Assembly (NCBI GenBank): GCA_910592345.1
Contig: CAJVPI010000051.1
Location: forward strand, 1 to 64,000
Source: Paraglomus brasilianum
Taxonomy: Eukaryota
Reading direction: 5' to 3'
Length of the DNA stretch: 64,000 bases
Shown here: positions 1 through 14,260 of the stretch, piece by piece
Layout of the letters: every line of letters starts with the position of its first letter
How positions within the stretch are numbered: the first letter of the stretch is position 1
Position numbers and translations under genes: made by a program
Notes under the pieces: generated by a model
Told to the model about the DNA's origin: nothing
What the model saw: only the letters and a program-made list of their open reading frames with translations
The model's database searches: none

Positions 1-1713
1 GGAAAATTAGAGGCAAGCGAAAGGAAAGAACGGATAAGTACAGAGTATTCGGAGAAAGGATGAGGCTAAGAAGAATAGATGAAACTTCTTGGGAAGAGAA
101 AATTAACAAAAGGGTATAGGACAGGCAAATTTCTCTCAAGCGGTAACACGTAAGTAGTGATACTTACGTCAAATCAATCGTATAGTCGATTCTCGGGACC
201 CCACGTCTGCGTCTGAAACGCAGCGATAGTTGCTTGTGAAGAACTAATAATAATGGCAAGGAGCAAACCAAACTGACGGCAACAGTCCAAATCATGTTAT
301 TTTCAAGGCAAAGCTTGCTAAGCATTCTAATTGAACTTTGCCAGGGCGCTGGACGAATTTAAAGCCCTACGGACAATGGCAAGTAACAAGGTTTAGGCGA
401 ACAAACGGGGTCGGCTGAGCAGTCACACGACTGATCACCAATGTTTAATATAAGAGCCTTTTCTGGTTGGAGGCGGGTAAACATGTCCCTCTAAAAAGGA
501 AAGGCGTAAATCCATGTTGTGTAAATGTCACTGCACGATGCTGATTACAAACAAACGCATTATTTTATTTCCAAGATTATAATTAGTAACACTTCACAAC
601 CCCGCACTCGCTTCGTATTTACAATATGTAAGGTAGTACAGAAACAAGTTCTGTAATCAATATTGTTAGCACTAGTCCATATGAAGAAAACCTGACGTCC
701 AATAAGGTATTCTCAGTTTATTTTCCAGTCAATCCAAAGTGACTACTTGCCCATTAGGTAAATGGGTTAACAAGATTATTACGGACACTGCGCAAATGTG
801 AACTCACATTTCAATGTCTCCAACATTAACTTGTTTTATTCGATTAAACTTTTTGCTTACTGTTGCTTAGATTGATTTATTATAATTTTGGCTTAAAATG
901 CCACCAAGTAGGCATTGTTATTAATAGCAATAATGTAACATAATTTTGTTTACAAATTATAGAAAATTACCGGATTTTTTTATTAAGCAGCATAACCAAT
1001 TGCAAATTTAGTTGGATAATCGCATTCTCCGTCATTTGAAGTTTATTGTTTTTACTATTTAAAAAGGATCGGCAAAAATGTGTATGAATTCACCTCTATT
1101 CCTATTACCATGTTTGTGCTGATAAAAAGAAAAATTACACTCCTGAAAGGACGGATATTTATCGTTATTAACAGCACAAACAATAACGCTTCCATGCAGT
1201 GGCATGTGTAAAGGCGTTTATTGTAATAGCAATACCAATTTTGATATCGCAAGTCTCGTCAGGAACGAGAAGCGTTTGTAAACACTTCTGAAGCTGATAA
1301 AATCAGGGTGAAAATCAGCATGGGGCAAACGTTATTTGTTGTATGCATTATGTACGCTATTGCCAAAAGTGGCTAAACTAAAACATTAGGTTTAAAATTA
1401 ATGCTCGAACGTTAGTATATCACACCAATTTTGGCTCGATCAACGATGGAATTTTAACCGTTTGTGAACCAACAGTTGTCCTATTCGCCGTGTATCTTCA
1501 GGGACTTCACGTTCGAAAATGACGATTGGACAACGTTTGTATCACTGCATATTAATATGTGTGATGCTGCGTTGTATCATTCAATAACTAATAGGATTGT
1601 CCGTGTTACAATGCTTTAATAATTCCGAAGCGTAGTATCCTTGGCAAATTTCACTTGTATCGAGGTGAGCGAAAATAAAAAGACGTTCAAGTCTTGTAGA
1701 GCCGCACATTGGA

Positions 1714-4700
1714 ATGTCTTCAATAAGTATTGTCGTTGATCCTGTGGATGCTACCGTTATCAGCGGCGCAGCAGCTGCTGAGAGTGATAATTCAGGTGTG
1801 TAAATAATGAGGGTCTATTCGGTCACCACTATACGACGCCGCCCTGTTGAATAACATTAATATGCTGCCTATACTAATTCAGGAGATGATACTATTCAAG
1901 GTTCTCCAGAGAACGAAGGTAATTAATGTTTACGCCACCATTGACTTGGTTCTGAATCGTCGTTTCCTAGTCTCATGTCTTATTACAATGCAGAAATAGT
2001 CTACGAGGCAAGTAAGGTCTTGGGAAAAGCCTATCAAGATAAAGAGACTTTCTATGCTCGAGTAACAGTATTAGAGAATCAAGATGAACGGTGAGTAAAC
2101 TGGGTATATATTAGTCTCTGATTTTCTAAATCCTGTTTAATCAACCAAATTACTAAAAATTTTCAATTAAAGTGGCATCATTGTAGGCGTTGTTGGATGT
2201 GATTATAAACCTAAGAAACTTATTAAAGAATTCATTGACATTGGTTTGTAATTCCCTATTTGTTTCGAGTCTCATAGTCTGCTCACATCCCGCTAATGAC
2301 GATATCCAACATCTTGATAAATGCAGGAGGGCTTGGATGGGAATATTATAGTGATGGAACTGTAAGCGATGGAAGGCAAGAGAAATTCAAGGATATTCCA
2401 TATACGAAGGGCGACGTTGTTGGATTTGGTCTAGGCATTTATGACGATGAAAGTTTGTTCTTTATCAAAAACAGCAAAGGATACGTTTTCTGTACGTATT
2501 TACATAATTTATTGAATCATTACATGCTATTAACAATCATATTAACTAATAATTTATTTGACAAAGCTTTTAAATTTCCAAAGATTAGAGCAACCTGCCC
2601 ATTCTATGCTTATGTGACATGCAACAGAGGCTCTAAAGTGAAAGTCGAGTTTCAAACATATACAGAGCCACTACCGTATCCAACTTTCGTACATACATCA
2701 CAGATTGAACATATGGCCTTGTCATCTGATCATAAGTATATTGCATTATACAGTACGAATGATACAGTTGTCTCTATAAACAAGATTGATTTCATGGCGG
2801 CATCAAAACCAACGCTCACCACACTGTCAAGCTTCAGGGCTGACGAAAACTATGACATTCTATCAAGATTTAGGGCTGACAAACATCATATTGCCATGGG
2901 ACTCATTCACGGTACCGATTTCGAGGGGTTGAAGAAACAAAATTGGCAAAAGGACAATGTTACCATTACAATATCTAAGGAATGTGGTGGAAGAGTTCAT
3001 GTCTTTATTAAACTGGATAAAGAACTGATGCATGCATCAGTTGCATGTAAACAGCAATTTGTTAATGGGCAACCAGTGCCAGGCGTACCATCTCTTGCTG
3101 TGCCTTCAAAAAAGGCTTTATGTGCAGAAATGTTGAGTGATGGTGAAACATTAGTGTGGATTGAAGAACGAACTAAACAAAACAAAAACGTAGTACATCT
3201 GCAATCCATTTCACAATTTACTACAAAAATACTTATGTATATAGGAAAGCTTGCCACTGTACGTGCAGCCCCTCTTCAGAAAGGTGTCAGTGGAAATAGA
3301 AGTGAGATACTTATCTATGGTGACGGTCCCCAGATACAGAGCATAGCACATCTAAGATATACCCATAATGGTGATCTTGTCCAGACATTTCATCCAGTTT
3401 TCTCTAATGACGTTGTCTGTAGGCAAAGAACAATGATGGCCTTTTATTCACCCAAGGAGGATCTTCGAATATTTGACATTGAAACGGGAATTCTATTATC
3501 GAAAATTAAATTTGGCTATGACATTCTTGGGTCAATTCACTTTATACATGGTGTAGAGCATTTAGCCACTGTTCATTATAACTCGCCAAATGAAGCTTTT
3601 GAACTGAACTATTATGATCCATTAACTGGTGAAATGTTGTGCAATCCATACATGGAATCTTCAGAGTTTGAAGGCAAAAATACTGAACTCTCAATAATGG
3701 TTCAAACTATCATAGGCAAATTTTATGTAATTGAACCCACCGGTACTACTATCACAATGCATTTGATCAATAAGGATATTATTCCAATTGACTTCGGCCA
3801 AGCAATTTCAATAGAAAGTGCGTTTAATCCTAATGATCTAGCATTTGGTAATAAGGATTTCTCAACTGACAGGAAAATCACAGTACGTGTTGATTGGAAA
3901 TTTTATTGCATAATGTTGAATATTACACATGGAGATGCTGAACCTTGTAAGTAATAATAACGCAGTCTTAAATTATGATGTGCTGTTTATTTGTGAGTTC
4001 AAATTATTGATGCAATCGTATTTTATGTCTTATAGTAGAATTTCCTATTGAATCATATGTGGATGAATTTGTGCCCAAAGTGAAGTTCTTGGATCAGACG
4101 ACTTTCTTTTATATGAGTCACTTCTCGATACAAATTTGGGAGATCAAAGGAGAATCAATAGAAGATGTTGAACTGATATATATTTGGGCAGTACCAGACA
4201 AATTTATTAAAATTTGTGATGTCGAGCTTTATGATTTTTATCTTTCAATTCATTTTGACGACTCAACCAAGCTCCGCAAGGAATTGGTTTACAGAGAGTT
4301 TTCGAAAATGACAGTGAAACATGCTGCACGTTTTCTGGCACTCGATCCACTAAATCCGGGCCACACAGTTAGCAAGTGCTACGAATTTCTTGATGATAAA
4401 CTTGGCAAAATTGTCTTGAATGATGTTGACGACAACTTTTATACGTGCACTATGGAGTATGTGGTCACATGCATACCAAAGTATCGATCAGCAGAGTGGC
4501 TTGAACGTATCTTTAACAACGGCAAATATGTTCCACGTTTTTATCTGACAGCCTACAAAAGCAGTTTGCTCAGTCAACTTATATCTTATATTCAACAATC
4601 TGAAAACGAGGAAGATGATCAAATGTCTATAGTTCTTGATCATATAGTCGCCTATTGCGTCCAACAAGCCAGAAAATATCCTGGATACATGATGTTTGTT

Positions 4701-6472
4701 ACTCCTCTATTACAAGAAATTGCCGATATAAGACCAAGCAGGTCACAGGAGTATGCAGCCTATCTCTCTTATATTTGTACGGACAAGAAAAGTCGAATGT
4801 CATACGAACATCATATGAGTACGCATGCAATAATGGAATGCATCGATATGTCCCATTACGAACGGACCAGATTTTCAAAAATTTCAAACGCTTTGTTAAG
4901 CTTCTTTAATCTATCGGGGAAAACCTATCATGGCTATTATGACAATGAAAATTGTATATCACCACTCCCGGGAATAAGCGACCCTGTTTTACCGCCAAGT
5001 CCTATCGCAGGCTATCCTCTCGGAACTAAAGAGCACTGGGATAACTACACTGAGAGGTTCTATGATCTGACATTTGTACAAAAAACATCGCTCATCGGTT
5101 CCTGGATTATTCCTAGCCATTACAGTGTTTTCATTAATCTGGCAGTTCTACGTCACCCTATGCTTCAGGAACCTGCCTTTGAAGCGTTGGTAAAATATAA
5201 ATGGGAAAATTACGGTCAAAGATACTATTTAATTTTATTATTTGCGTATTGGACTTATTCGGCGATGTTTATTATTCCTGCAAGTATTGGTGATAACGTC
5301 TTATACGACACTGGGCTCAAATATCCAGTAATTGTGATGGCGGCCTTCTTTCTTTTATTGGAGCTCAGGCAGTTTCTCACCTTAAGGCTGAAATACTCCT
5401 ATAATCTCTATAATATTATCGAGTTGGCGTCATTTATTCTGCCTCTTGTCGTTTCTTTAAACGCGCATGCCGATAATCCACCATCAAGTCGGTCCTTGTC
5501 GTGGGTAGTATTATTGTTATGGGTGTTCATGGCATTAAATCTTCGAGCATTTGAAGGGTAATTATTCTAAGCTTCAGTTACTCTTGCTTTGTCGAAGCAG
5601 ACACGCTAATAACTAATCCGTGGTTTATTCGATTTATTATTCTATTTAGAATGGGAGTCTTTATCATTATATTATACAAAGCCGTTTTAAACTTGGTGTC
5701 TTTTATCTTGTTGATGTCTGCTATACTTGCTGGTTTTACCAGTGCCTACTGGATTCTTCTTCGTAACTCTATCACCATTGACACTAGCGACAACAACTTC
5801 GAATCATTCTGGTTTTCTCTGAACTCTGTGATGGCATTCTTAGGAGGCGACTTTTCAGCGATCAGCAATGTAGAACACACAACTGATATCAACCTACTGC
5901 GAATACTATTCATGGTTAGCACAACGATAATGTTGTTGAATATTCTCAGTAAGTGTGCAGGAGCTGTTATCAACCATTGCGTATTCTCTTATCCATATAC
6001 TGACTTGATTTCTGTTGTGTTTTCATGTAGTCGCTATTCTCAACACTGCATACAGTGACGTCGCCTCTCAGGCTCGGAGGATATGGGTACTCAACTGTGC
6101 CGAGATACTTGCTGAATTTGAACTTTTCTGGATGACGCCTGAAAAGAAGAAAAACAAGTACGCTTGCATTTGATCGAATTTACAGCAAATTTGTATATAT
6201 TCGGATGCGTTAAATTCAAAATTCTTTCTATAATAGGGTTCTGTTTCCAAGATATATCTATTATGAAGCAGACAGAAGAAAAGTTAAACAATATCGTCGT
6301 ACGAAGGCATTTAAAGAAATCTCAGACGTGGAATTGGAGGAACGTCACGTATATGCATATTCAGAAGTTGTGGGTTCCACCGATACAATTAATTAGACAT
6401 TGTATTGATGCACTATGTTATTAGACAAAAGCCTGCATTAAAGAACAATGGAAGGACAAGACCCTCAAGTAG
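1714..6472 (+). CDS. Multi-exon TRP-type (6-TM) cation channel with N-terminal SPRY-like domain and beta-propeller-like region
   Basis: Hand-spliced from ATG 1714 through small GT-AG exons, ORFs 2296-3954, 4059-5561 and 5651-6058, then exons at 6031, 6237 and 6425 to TAG 6470-6472. TM region reads FEALVKYKW, LELRQF, YNIIEL, LLLWVFMALNLRAFEG, pore FLGGDF and S6/TRP-helix MLLNILIAILNTAYSDV..W. N-terminus has a SPRY-like pattern (GWEYYSDG..YTKGDVVGFG..LFFIKN). Confidence 0.85.
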
Positions 6473-6607
6473 CAATTAATTAATTAATTTACTATTTATT
6501 TTATCATATTATATTGGGGGAGACTTCATTCGAGGAATAATAATTATATAAAAGTAGAGAAGAGCATTATTTCGGTTCGCGACCCTCTTGTATTATTAAT
6601 TAAACGT

Positions 6608-6813
6608 ATAGAGATTTCCGTAAAGTCAATGTCCACCGGATTTTATTTCTCACTTTATCAATATAAATATTCATCACTTTTGATTGTGGCATTGATATCT
6701 TATGCAGGACATCAGCATTCAGTTTCCCCTTCTGAACTGGATATTCCAGTCTCCAAGCGAATGAGGTTATGTAAGTTTGCATAGAGATTTCCGTAAAGTC
6801 AGTGTCCACCGGA
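6608..6813. repeat. 33-bp direct repeat pair (6608-6640, 6781-6813; one mismatch)
   Basis: atagagatttccgtaaagtca(a/g)tgtccaccgga occurs twice, flanking a 140-bp spacer. Confidence 0.9.
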
Positions 6814-7017
6814 CTATATTGGTTTTTTATTTTCATTATTCTGTAGTCGCTCTCGCCTAATTAACCGTTACAATTAAGTGTTTGCGCTCAATAATGTAAT
6901 ATAGTCGGTTCTTATATTATCTAACTTGCGGCAACGATTATCTTTAGTGGTTATCGATATGTTACGATCAGATCGACTATATAGAGTGTCAGAATAATTG
7001 GCTAGCAAAGGAAGAGA

Positions 7018-9403
7018 TCATGAAGCATACTTCATCTCGTCCTCATTAAATCCAACTGTCGGAAACTTCTTAGCAAATGCAACAACTTCTTCTTTCAACT
7101 CTTTTATTCGAGGCTCGCTTGACCCATCTTCACCAATATAATTGTTGAAATCTTGTAACTTCTTGTCTAATAATCAGACATGTACAATGACCATTAATAA
7201 ACGTTGCCCTACACAAGCAATCTCCGTTCAAAAGATTCTTCTATACCTTTGACTTTATCATCCACGTCGATAGTGATTTGTACACCCCGGTCAATAAATT
7301 CTGCAACTTTCTCAAAATCTGATTCAACGAATCCACGCGAAGTCATGGCCGGTGTTCCAACCCGAAGACCGCCAGGAACAAACGCGCTTTTATCACCCGG
7401 AATGGTATTTTTATTGGCCGCAATATTTGCCAATTCTAACACGCGTTCAACACGCGCCCCATCCACGCCCTTAAAAACAACCAAATCAATAAATAATAAA
7501 TTCGTGAGCAATCAAACTTGGGATCCGCATATCGTTTTACCTTTGGTTTGAGATTCAATAACAGAAGATGAACGTCAGTCCCACCCGATACTAATTTATA
7601 GTTTTTATTCATAAATGCCCGAGCAAACGCTTGACAATTATCCAAAACTTGTTGCTGATATTCTCTAAATAGCGGTGATCTTGTCTGTTTCAATGCCACT
7701 GCCATTGCAGTGATGGTGTGATTATGTGGACCACCCTGATGACCCGGAAATACCGCTTGGTTGACGAGCTTTTCGAGTTCATATGGGATTTCTTTGATAG
7801 GTTTTGATTGCATTCAGTAGACTTTTCATTATTACAAGAAAACAGAAATTAAACTTTGCTTCCCGAGTGAGACCGTGGGAATTAAGTGTTAAAGGAAAGA
7901 CTTACCGTCGCCGTTCTTGTTGATTGATCTGGTACCTTTACGGAAGAAAATTAACGCGCCACGTGGTCCACGCAGTGACTTGTGTGTTGTAGTGGTAACA
8001 ATGTCTGCATACTCAAACGGTGCCGGGAGAACTCCGGCCGCCATCATTCCTACACAAAAAAAAAAAAAAAGAGAATAAGGGGACAAGCATCATTCTAAAC
8101 AAATCCACATATATCAAATTCAATCGCTCACCGCTAGTGTGTGCAATATCCGCCAACAAATATGCATTTACTTTTGTGCAAATTTGTTTCATCCTCGCGT
8201 AATCATATTTTCTGGGATAAGCACTAGCTCCAGCGATTATAATTTTCGGTCTATATAGGGTAGCGGTTGTCTCAAGCATATCGTAATCTATGTAATCAGT
8301 CTCTTCATTCAGACGATAAGGCATTGTTTCGAAATAAGCTGATACATATGACACCTTTCTAGTAGGCGTCTGATATCCATGAGAAAGACTAGAACAAAAC
8401 ACAAACCGCGAGTAAGTGGCAAAAATTACAAAGCAAGGTAATTAAAAAAAAAAAAAAACAACCAATGTCTAACGATCCTCAGTAAATGTTAACATCATTG
8501 TTGTTACTTACTGTCCGCCATGCGGTAAATCAAGGCCCATTAGACGTTCGTGGGGTTTAAGTATTGCGCTGTACACATACAAATTAGCAGGCGCGCCTGT
8601 TGTTATTGAAATGGGGATCTCAGTTATAGATAAAAAGTCTGCAATATGTCTCTGTTGTTTCCAATGACTGCGCGTAAAATGGTACCAGATAATGCTTGGA
8701 CGTTGACACCCCACTTTGCTGGATCAAGGTCGAATGCTTCTAATGCTCTCTTTTGACAACAAGTCTCTGCTTGATCAATATACTCGTTTCCCCCATAGTA
8801 TCTTGGAATACGAATCATAATGATGAATGAGCATACATCAAACTCCACAGGGTGTATGATTTTTTGCCGTCTGAATAAATTATAATTATTACCTGGCCCC
8901 AGGATACCCTTCTGAATATTTATTTTGCATTACAGATCCTAGTGCATCCATCACAGCACGAGAGGTAAAATTCTATATACCGGTCAGTATGGGACATTAA
9001 AGCATCAAACAAGCCTATATGTATGGACAATCACGCCTCTTAATACCTCTGATGGTATGAGAACAATACTCTCTCGCTGTCGTTTCTTCTCTTTCTCGAT
9101 GATATCAAAAATTTCGACATCAGCATCTGATAAAGATTTGTTCAGAAACTAGCGATGATATACTAATTAATATTATTTCGATTCAAAAACTTGGAATTGA
9201 ATCATCAACTCTTCGCCTTACTTCTTTTTGAGCTGCAAGGGAGACATATCTTCGCTAAACAATCACCAAAAATAATCGTTTAGTATTTGATCAACAGCAT
9301 CCTCTAGCCTCTTAAAGTTACCAACCAATAGAAAGGTAGTTGCTCTTTGAGAAACTTTTAAAGAATGAGCGAGGCCTATACTCTGCAAGATATTTCTCGA
9401 CAT
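7018..9403 (-). CDS. SHM1: Serine hydroxymethyltransferase, probably mitochondrial (multi-exon)
   Basis: Motifs [37 protein letters not shown]-lysine [25 protein letters not shown] and NKNTIPGD; Arg/Ser-rich N-terminal presequence from ATG 9403; stop TGA at 7018-7020. Confidence 0.95.
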
Positions 9404-10107
9404 GAGGTAAAAAGTTTTGTTGGTCAAAATTCCCTTGGGAAAATATAAAAAACACGTGTCACGCTGTGTCCCCATGTGATAATAATCGCCCTCGCGGTCA
9501 TATTAATAATGCTATTAATATTAAACAGATCCATAGTCTATCATAGATAGATAATTAGTTAAAGAGAAAAACACTTGCTGACGAGACGGCAGCTTTTAAT
9601 GAAAAGGAAGGACCGGTTACTTAATCTAGTATTTTGAGTGGGCGCACAACCGACTTATACCTCTCTCGTAGTGATAAAGTAAAATCTGGATGGATCTCTT
9701 TTTTCTTTTACTGATCCTTGCTTTTCGTATCTATATAAAATTCAGTTTAAAGAAAATTACGCGTAAACCAAATATCTGTTAAACCGAAATTTTTGTCTTA
9801 CACACTTAAATTCCTTTAAATGATAGCTTCCTAATTAAGCATTATAAAAACAAACATTATTATAATTACTGGCTAATTTAGTAATTATTCTCCTATTACT
9901 ACCTCGTATGCGCAGTTAATGAATTATGCTACTTGCAACGCTTCACGCAACAATGGTTATCGAACTACTTGTTAGTATCTACAGTTCTACCAGAGTTGTC
10001 AGTTGCGATATCGTTTAAAAAGCAAACATATAGAATAAACAAGAGGGCTAGTTTTAACCAATGCAAATAATCTAATAATCTATTCGTTTTATTACTGCGA
10101 CCAGTAA

Positions 10108-12074
10108 TTAATTAATTTTTAGTCCTATGGGATCATAGACACGGTCATATTCTGACTCGGCTTCAATGTCATCTTTTTCAGTACCATCAACGTTATACAC
10201 TCTGAGAAGATCAAATAGCTCAGGGAAGACATGTTTATGCACGTCTGCCGCCCAAATAAAATCTGAGGTTGAGCATAGTTGAAGATTAGCTGCGCTGCCT
10301 ATTCAATAAACTAAAATCATTGAAAACGGAACAATGTTATCCTACTTGCCTAGATGTTCATATTTCCTCACTTCCTTCAAGAGCACACATTTAGGTAATT
10401 GTCTGGTCAATACGTTGATATCCACCAGACTGTCAATTCCACCATAGAAAACGGCAATTGGAGTGGCAATCTGCTGAGTAGGGAACCGAGATGGGGAATA
10501 TCCCAGAGCCGTGTAAGAAGAGTAAGCAGGTAACTCGTCGTACACCTGGAAGTTTCTTGCTCTGATTATCTGAAACCAATGTACTAGACTTTTGGTACTC
10601 GCGCAGCTATAAAGATGATAATAGGATGCAGCCTTCTGAGCTTCAGTAATTTGATCGAGCTTCCATCCAAATAGGAAACTCATAGAAAAGTCAAGAATCT
10701 TGGTAAAGATGGGCGGAGAGAGTACTTTCTGCCAGAAGAGAACAACTGCTAAACATGCTTTGCGACCGAAAAGAAGGTAGACTAGGTTTGGCGATGCCTT
10801 GATAATGGCATCAACAAAAATATTATGAAGACCTAAGAAGGTAAAGAGATCAAGTTATATTATAAGTAATAGATATATCAAACACGGTTAACGATGAGCC
10901 TATAAAAGGAATTAACCTCTTGGACTTGTAGCAGGAGCCAGCGCGATAAATAGATTGATTTTTTTATTGAGTTGCGGGCTGACCGACAGGGCTGCAAATG
11001 CTGTTGTTGTTCCTTGAGAGAATCCGATATATGAAAGTGAAGGTGCGCCTGTGGTCTCGAGAATGTACTGCATGCATCGACTAGTTAATACCAATACAAA
11101 AAGTATAAAGCAATATTACGCATCGTTCAAAATACGTACGTCAACCAAGCTCGGTAAGTCACACATTGCAAATTCATCAATACAGTAATTCCAGAATTGA
11201 GATCCATTTGGACTGTATTGAGTGTGTTTCATGGAATACTTGTTGCCACGTGCATTACCGAACCATACATCATAACTATCCACCACACAAAAATATTACT
11301 CTGTTAGTACTGGCGTAGTACGAATGTACAGTAACACGAATGTACAGTAACAATTAATTAAGAAACATACCCAGCATCGGCCAATAACGTAGCCAATCTG
11401 TTATGATCCTCGAGATTGCATAACCATACTTCGCTGCACATCATCAACCCATGATATAACAAGACAACAGGCCTTACGTCGGATGCTTTACCAGAGATAG
11501 TATGTCGAATAGCCGATAAGGGGATCCCATGTTGTTTGAATATATTTTCAATACTTGGACGACCCTCAGAATGTGGTGTGGATCTTCCTCGTGGAAGACG
11601 GTGCACCCCTAACATGTAATTATCTTGTGTTTTCACGACGTGTTCCTCTGATGGATATCCCCTAGCGGTAATAATCGTATTTTCAGAATTATCATGCCGT
11701 ATAAGAGACCGTTGCAGTAAACACATACCAGAACTGAGCCATCTCGGAAAAATTGTTAGCTTTTTGCAATAGTTTAACGGGAAGTGTCCGTTCATCTTTA
11801 TAGTATTTGGTGAAAATCCTGGATAGCGAAAATCCAAACAGTGATTTAGGAGATTCCCTCATGTAAAAGATTTGCAAATGGGATATTTTTTCCTGATTTT
11901 TAATGTTGTAACAAGATCACACCTTTGACTCTGAGTCTTACAAATCTCAAGCACCGAGAGAGGTAAACAAAAAGTAACCAAACGTAGGATAGCCTCAACA
12001 AATAGCAGCAACCATCCAATAAACAAGGCCTGATAATCACGCAAGTTAAGACGGCCAAGAATGGGTACGGCCAT
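10108..12074 (-). CDS. Acid lipase / sterol esterase family alpha/beta hydrolase (TGL1/YEH-like), multi-exon
   Basis: GYPSEEHVVKTQDNYMLGVHR, LLYHGL, LADAGYDVWFGNARGNKYS, nucleophile elbow GFSQG, YEHLDFIWA; N-terminal hydrophobic anchor; stop TAA at 10108-10110. Confidence 0.9.
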
Positions 12075-13947
12075 TATTTATCGAAGTATCAGGCAGAAAC
12101 TCTATGATATAAGATCCTCTATAGTATGGATAAAAAGTCGATAGCAAGTTGCAACTTCTTTAAATAAGGGAGTTTGTACTCAAAAGTCATGTGGCTTGCG
12201 TCATGGAGATCTACTTGTGAACATTAATATTTAATGGATATGTAACACAGCATATGAAAATAAGTAATTTATTTACGTCATTAAATATTTTTGGCTGATC
12301 AAATTACCGACCGACGCACACACACACACATATATATACATACATTGTATGTTAATATAGCATGCTGATTGTTGACATCTATTTATACATGTCGATAGCA
12401 AAAATAACTATAATGTTGATGTGAGGAATCTCCAACAATAACAAATAGTAATCTACTGCTTTAAAGAACGGATGTTTCAACAACATCATGTAGCAACAGA
12501 TTACAACAGATCGACAGCGTCTTCGACAATCACCGATCATCAAGGAACTATTACTACTCCAAAGCGGTGTCAAAAACTGCTGCACTTGGCACATCTAGTT
12601 CGCTATTGTCATGGCAGTCGGTAATTATTAATCATATAATTCATTATCATATAAAATATCTATCAGTTTAACAAGTACTAAACTAAACTCCTTCTTCAGA
12701 AGCTATCACTTAAACTTGGATTTTGGTGGTACGAGGGGTCCATAGTTCCAGACCCCACATATATGGAAATCCCGAACTTTCTTTTTGGTTGGCGGCTTAG
12801 AGTATACGCATACAGCTACGCACAGACAACTAAACGTGAGAATATTCTCGATTACCTGGGAGAAGTCAATCAAGGAGACTGTAATTTATTTTTTATCTCT
12901 TTATTCTTAATAAGTAATGTGCTAGTAAACAAGAAATTTTGTTTATTTCCATATGCTTGTCGTATATGTAACTGAAATCGGAAACTGTGCAAGACAGCTA
13001 GATAAACCCACAGACTTGAAAAGTATCCCGTGGCTGTAAATATATAATTCACTTCTTTAGACATGTCTGGAATAATTTTCTCAATTGACGCATCGAGAAT
13101 GATACTGTGCACTTGTAATAATGAGATATAATCTTGGTGAGCTAACTGTCAGAGTCATTTCTTAATACAGCAGATAGCTTTAGTTTCACTCTTTCTGCAG
13201 TGTTAATAGCGGGCTATTAAAAAAACTTGTCGCATTATTTGTTTTTGATGACATGGGATATAACATGCAAGAACAAGAGTAAAATAGAAAGGAATAATAC
13301 TCACTATGTGTAGAAGCTATCTAACTCCTTTAGTCAACTGTTGTAGTAATTTAGTGCAGGTGGCTCTTGTCGCAGTTTAAGTTGGCAATTTATTACTAAC
13401 AAATTAAATCAATATTTTTTTCAAAAAAAAAAAAAAGAAGTTTTGCTGTCATTTCTTAGCACGCGAAAAATCGCTGGTTGAACAAGCATCTTTAATTGTC
13501 CAAGTTAAACGGGTGCGAGAGATTAAATTAATAAATAAATTAATAATCTTAATTTCCCATATCGAGAAACTTTAATTATGAAAGCTCAATTTTAAATATT
13601 CACTTTATATTTAAGTAGAAGATGCTAGCGTGTAAAGTCTTAGTTAAACACATAGACTATGATTATTAAAAAGTGTAAACAGATATTCGGGAACTTACGA
13701 ATTATGGATATAGTATCCCGGTAGCCGAAGAAAGCAAAGTCTAATATAACATGGATGATTATGCTACTAGCTCCTCAGGCAAAACGGTAACCATGTGAGG
13801 AATGGGATAATACCCAGGAAAAAGACATTCGTTTACTGAACTTTGTTGGTATGTGATCATTTCCGTATTTCCGACGCGAGGGAAACCAAGTCAAAAAAGT
13901 TTCGACTGAGACTTGATCTTTAATCACATCATTAAATAAACATATAT

Positions 13948-14260
13948 TGTCAGACACCCTACGTAAGCAAAAACAAGTTGAGATTATAATTAGGCGAATC
14001 AAGGCCACAGATTGCAGACACACTGTTCGTGATGTTTGATCCTCCATCATGACAATACATCACCTTTTCAGAATGTTGAAACCTTGCAAGGCAGTGTCTA
14101 ATAGTATACCGAAAGAGGAGTACTGTAGAGCCTTTGAGAATTGGCAAAAAAAAAAAAGCTGAAGCGTTTGTATAAAAGTAGACGAGGAGTATTTTGAAGG
14201 GATGTGATAATTTATTTTAAAGTTATTATGTACGTCAAAACTTTTCAGACATCCTACGTA
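13948..14260 (+). mobile_element. Mariner transposase 3' relic with terminal-repeat-like end
   Basis: Frameshifted translation NSIPKEEYCRAFENW...CIKVDEEYFEGM* (14100-14207) matches the mariner C-terminal GEYFE motif. It is followed by acttttcagacatcctacgta ending in TA at 14260; a similar tcagacaccctacgta lies near 13950. Confidence 0.7.

Noticed and set aside
1..300. Possible 5' portion of a minus-strand gene (donor-like gtaagta near 161-167, pyrimidine-rich minus strand)
   Set aside because: No translatable recognisable sequence inside the window
2997..3257. Antisense and alternate-frame ORFs inside the channel, SHMT, BTB, kinase, bZIP and DNM1 genes (this one as an example)
   Set aside because: They overlap well-supported CDSs and show no recognisable motifs
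8819..8876. C/D-box-like ATGATGA...CTGA spacing
   Set aside because: Lies antisense within an SHMT intron and no rRNA guide was recognised; likely chance
12379..12594. ORF containing LLKHPFFKAVDY, like a kinase C-terminus
   Set aside because: No other kinase motifs nearby
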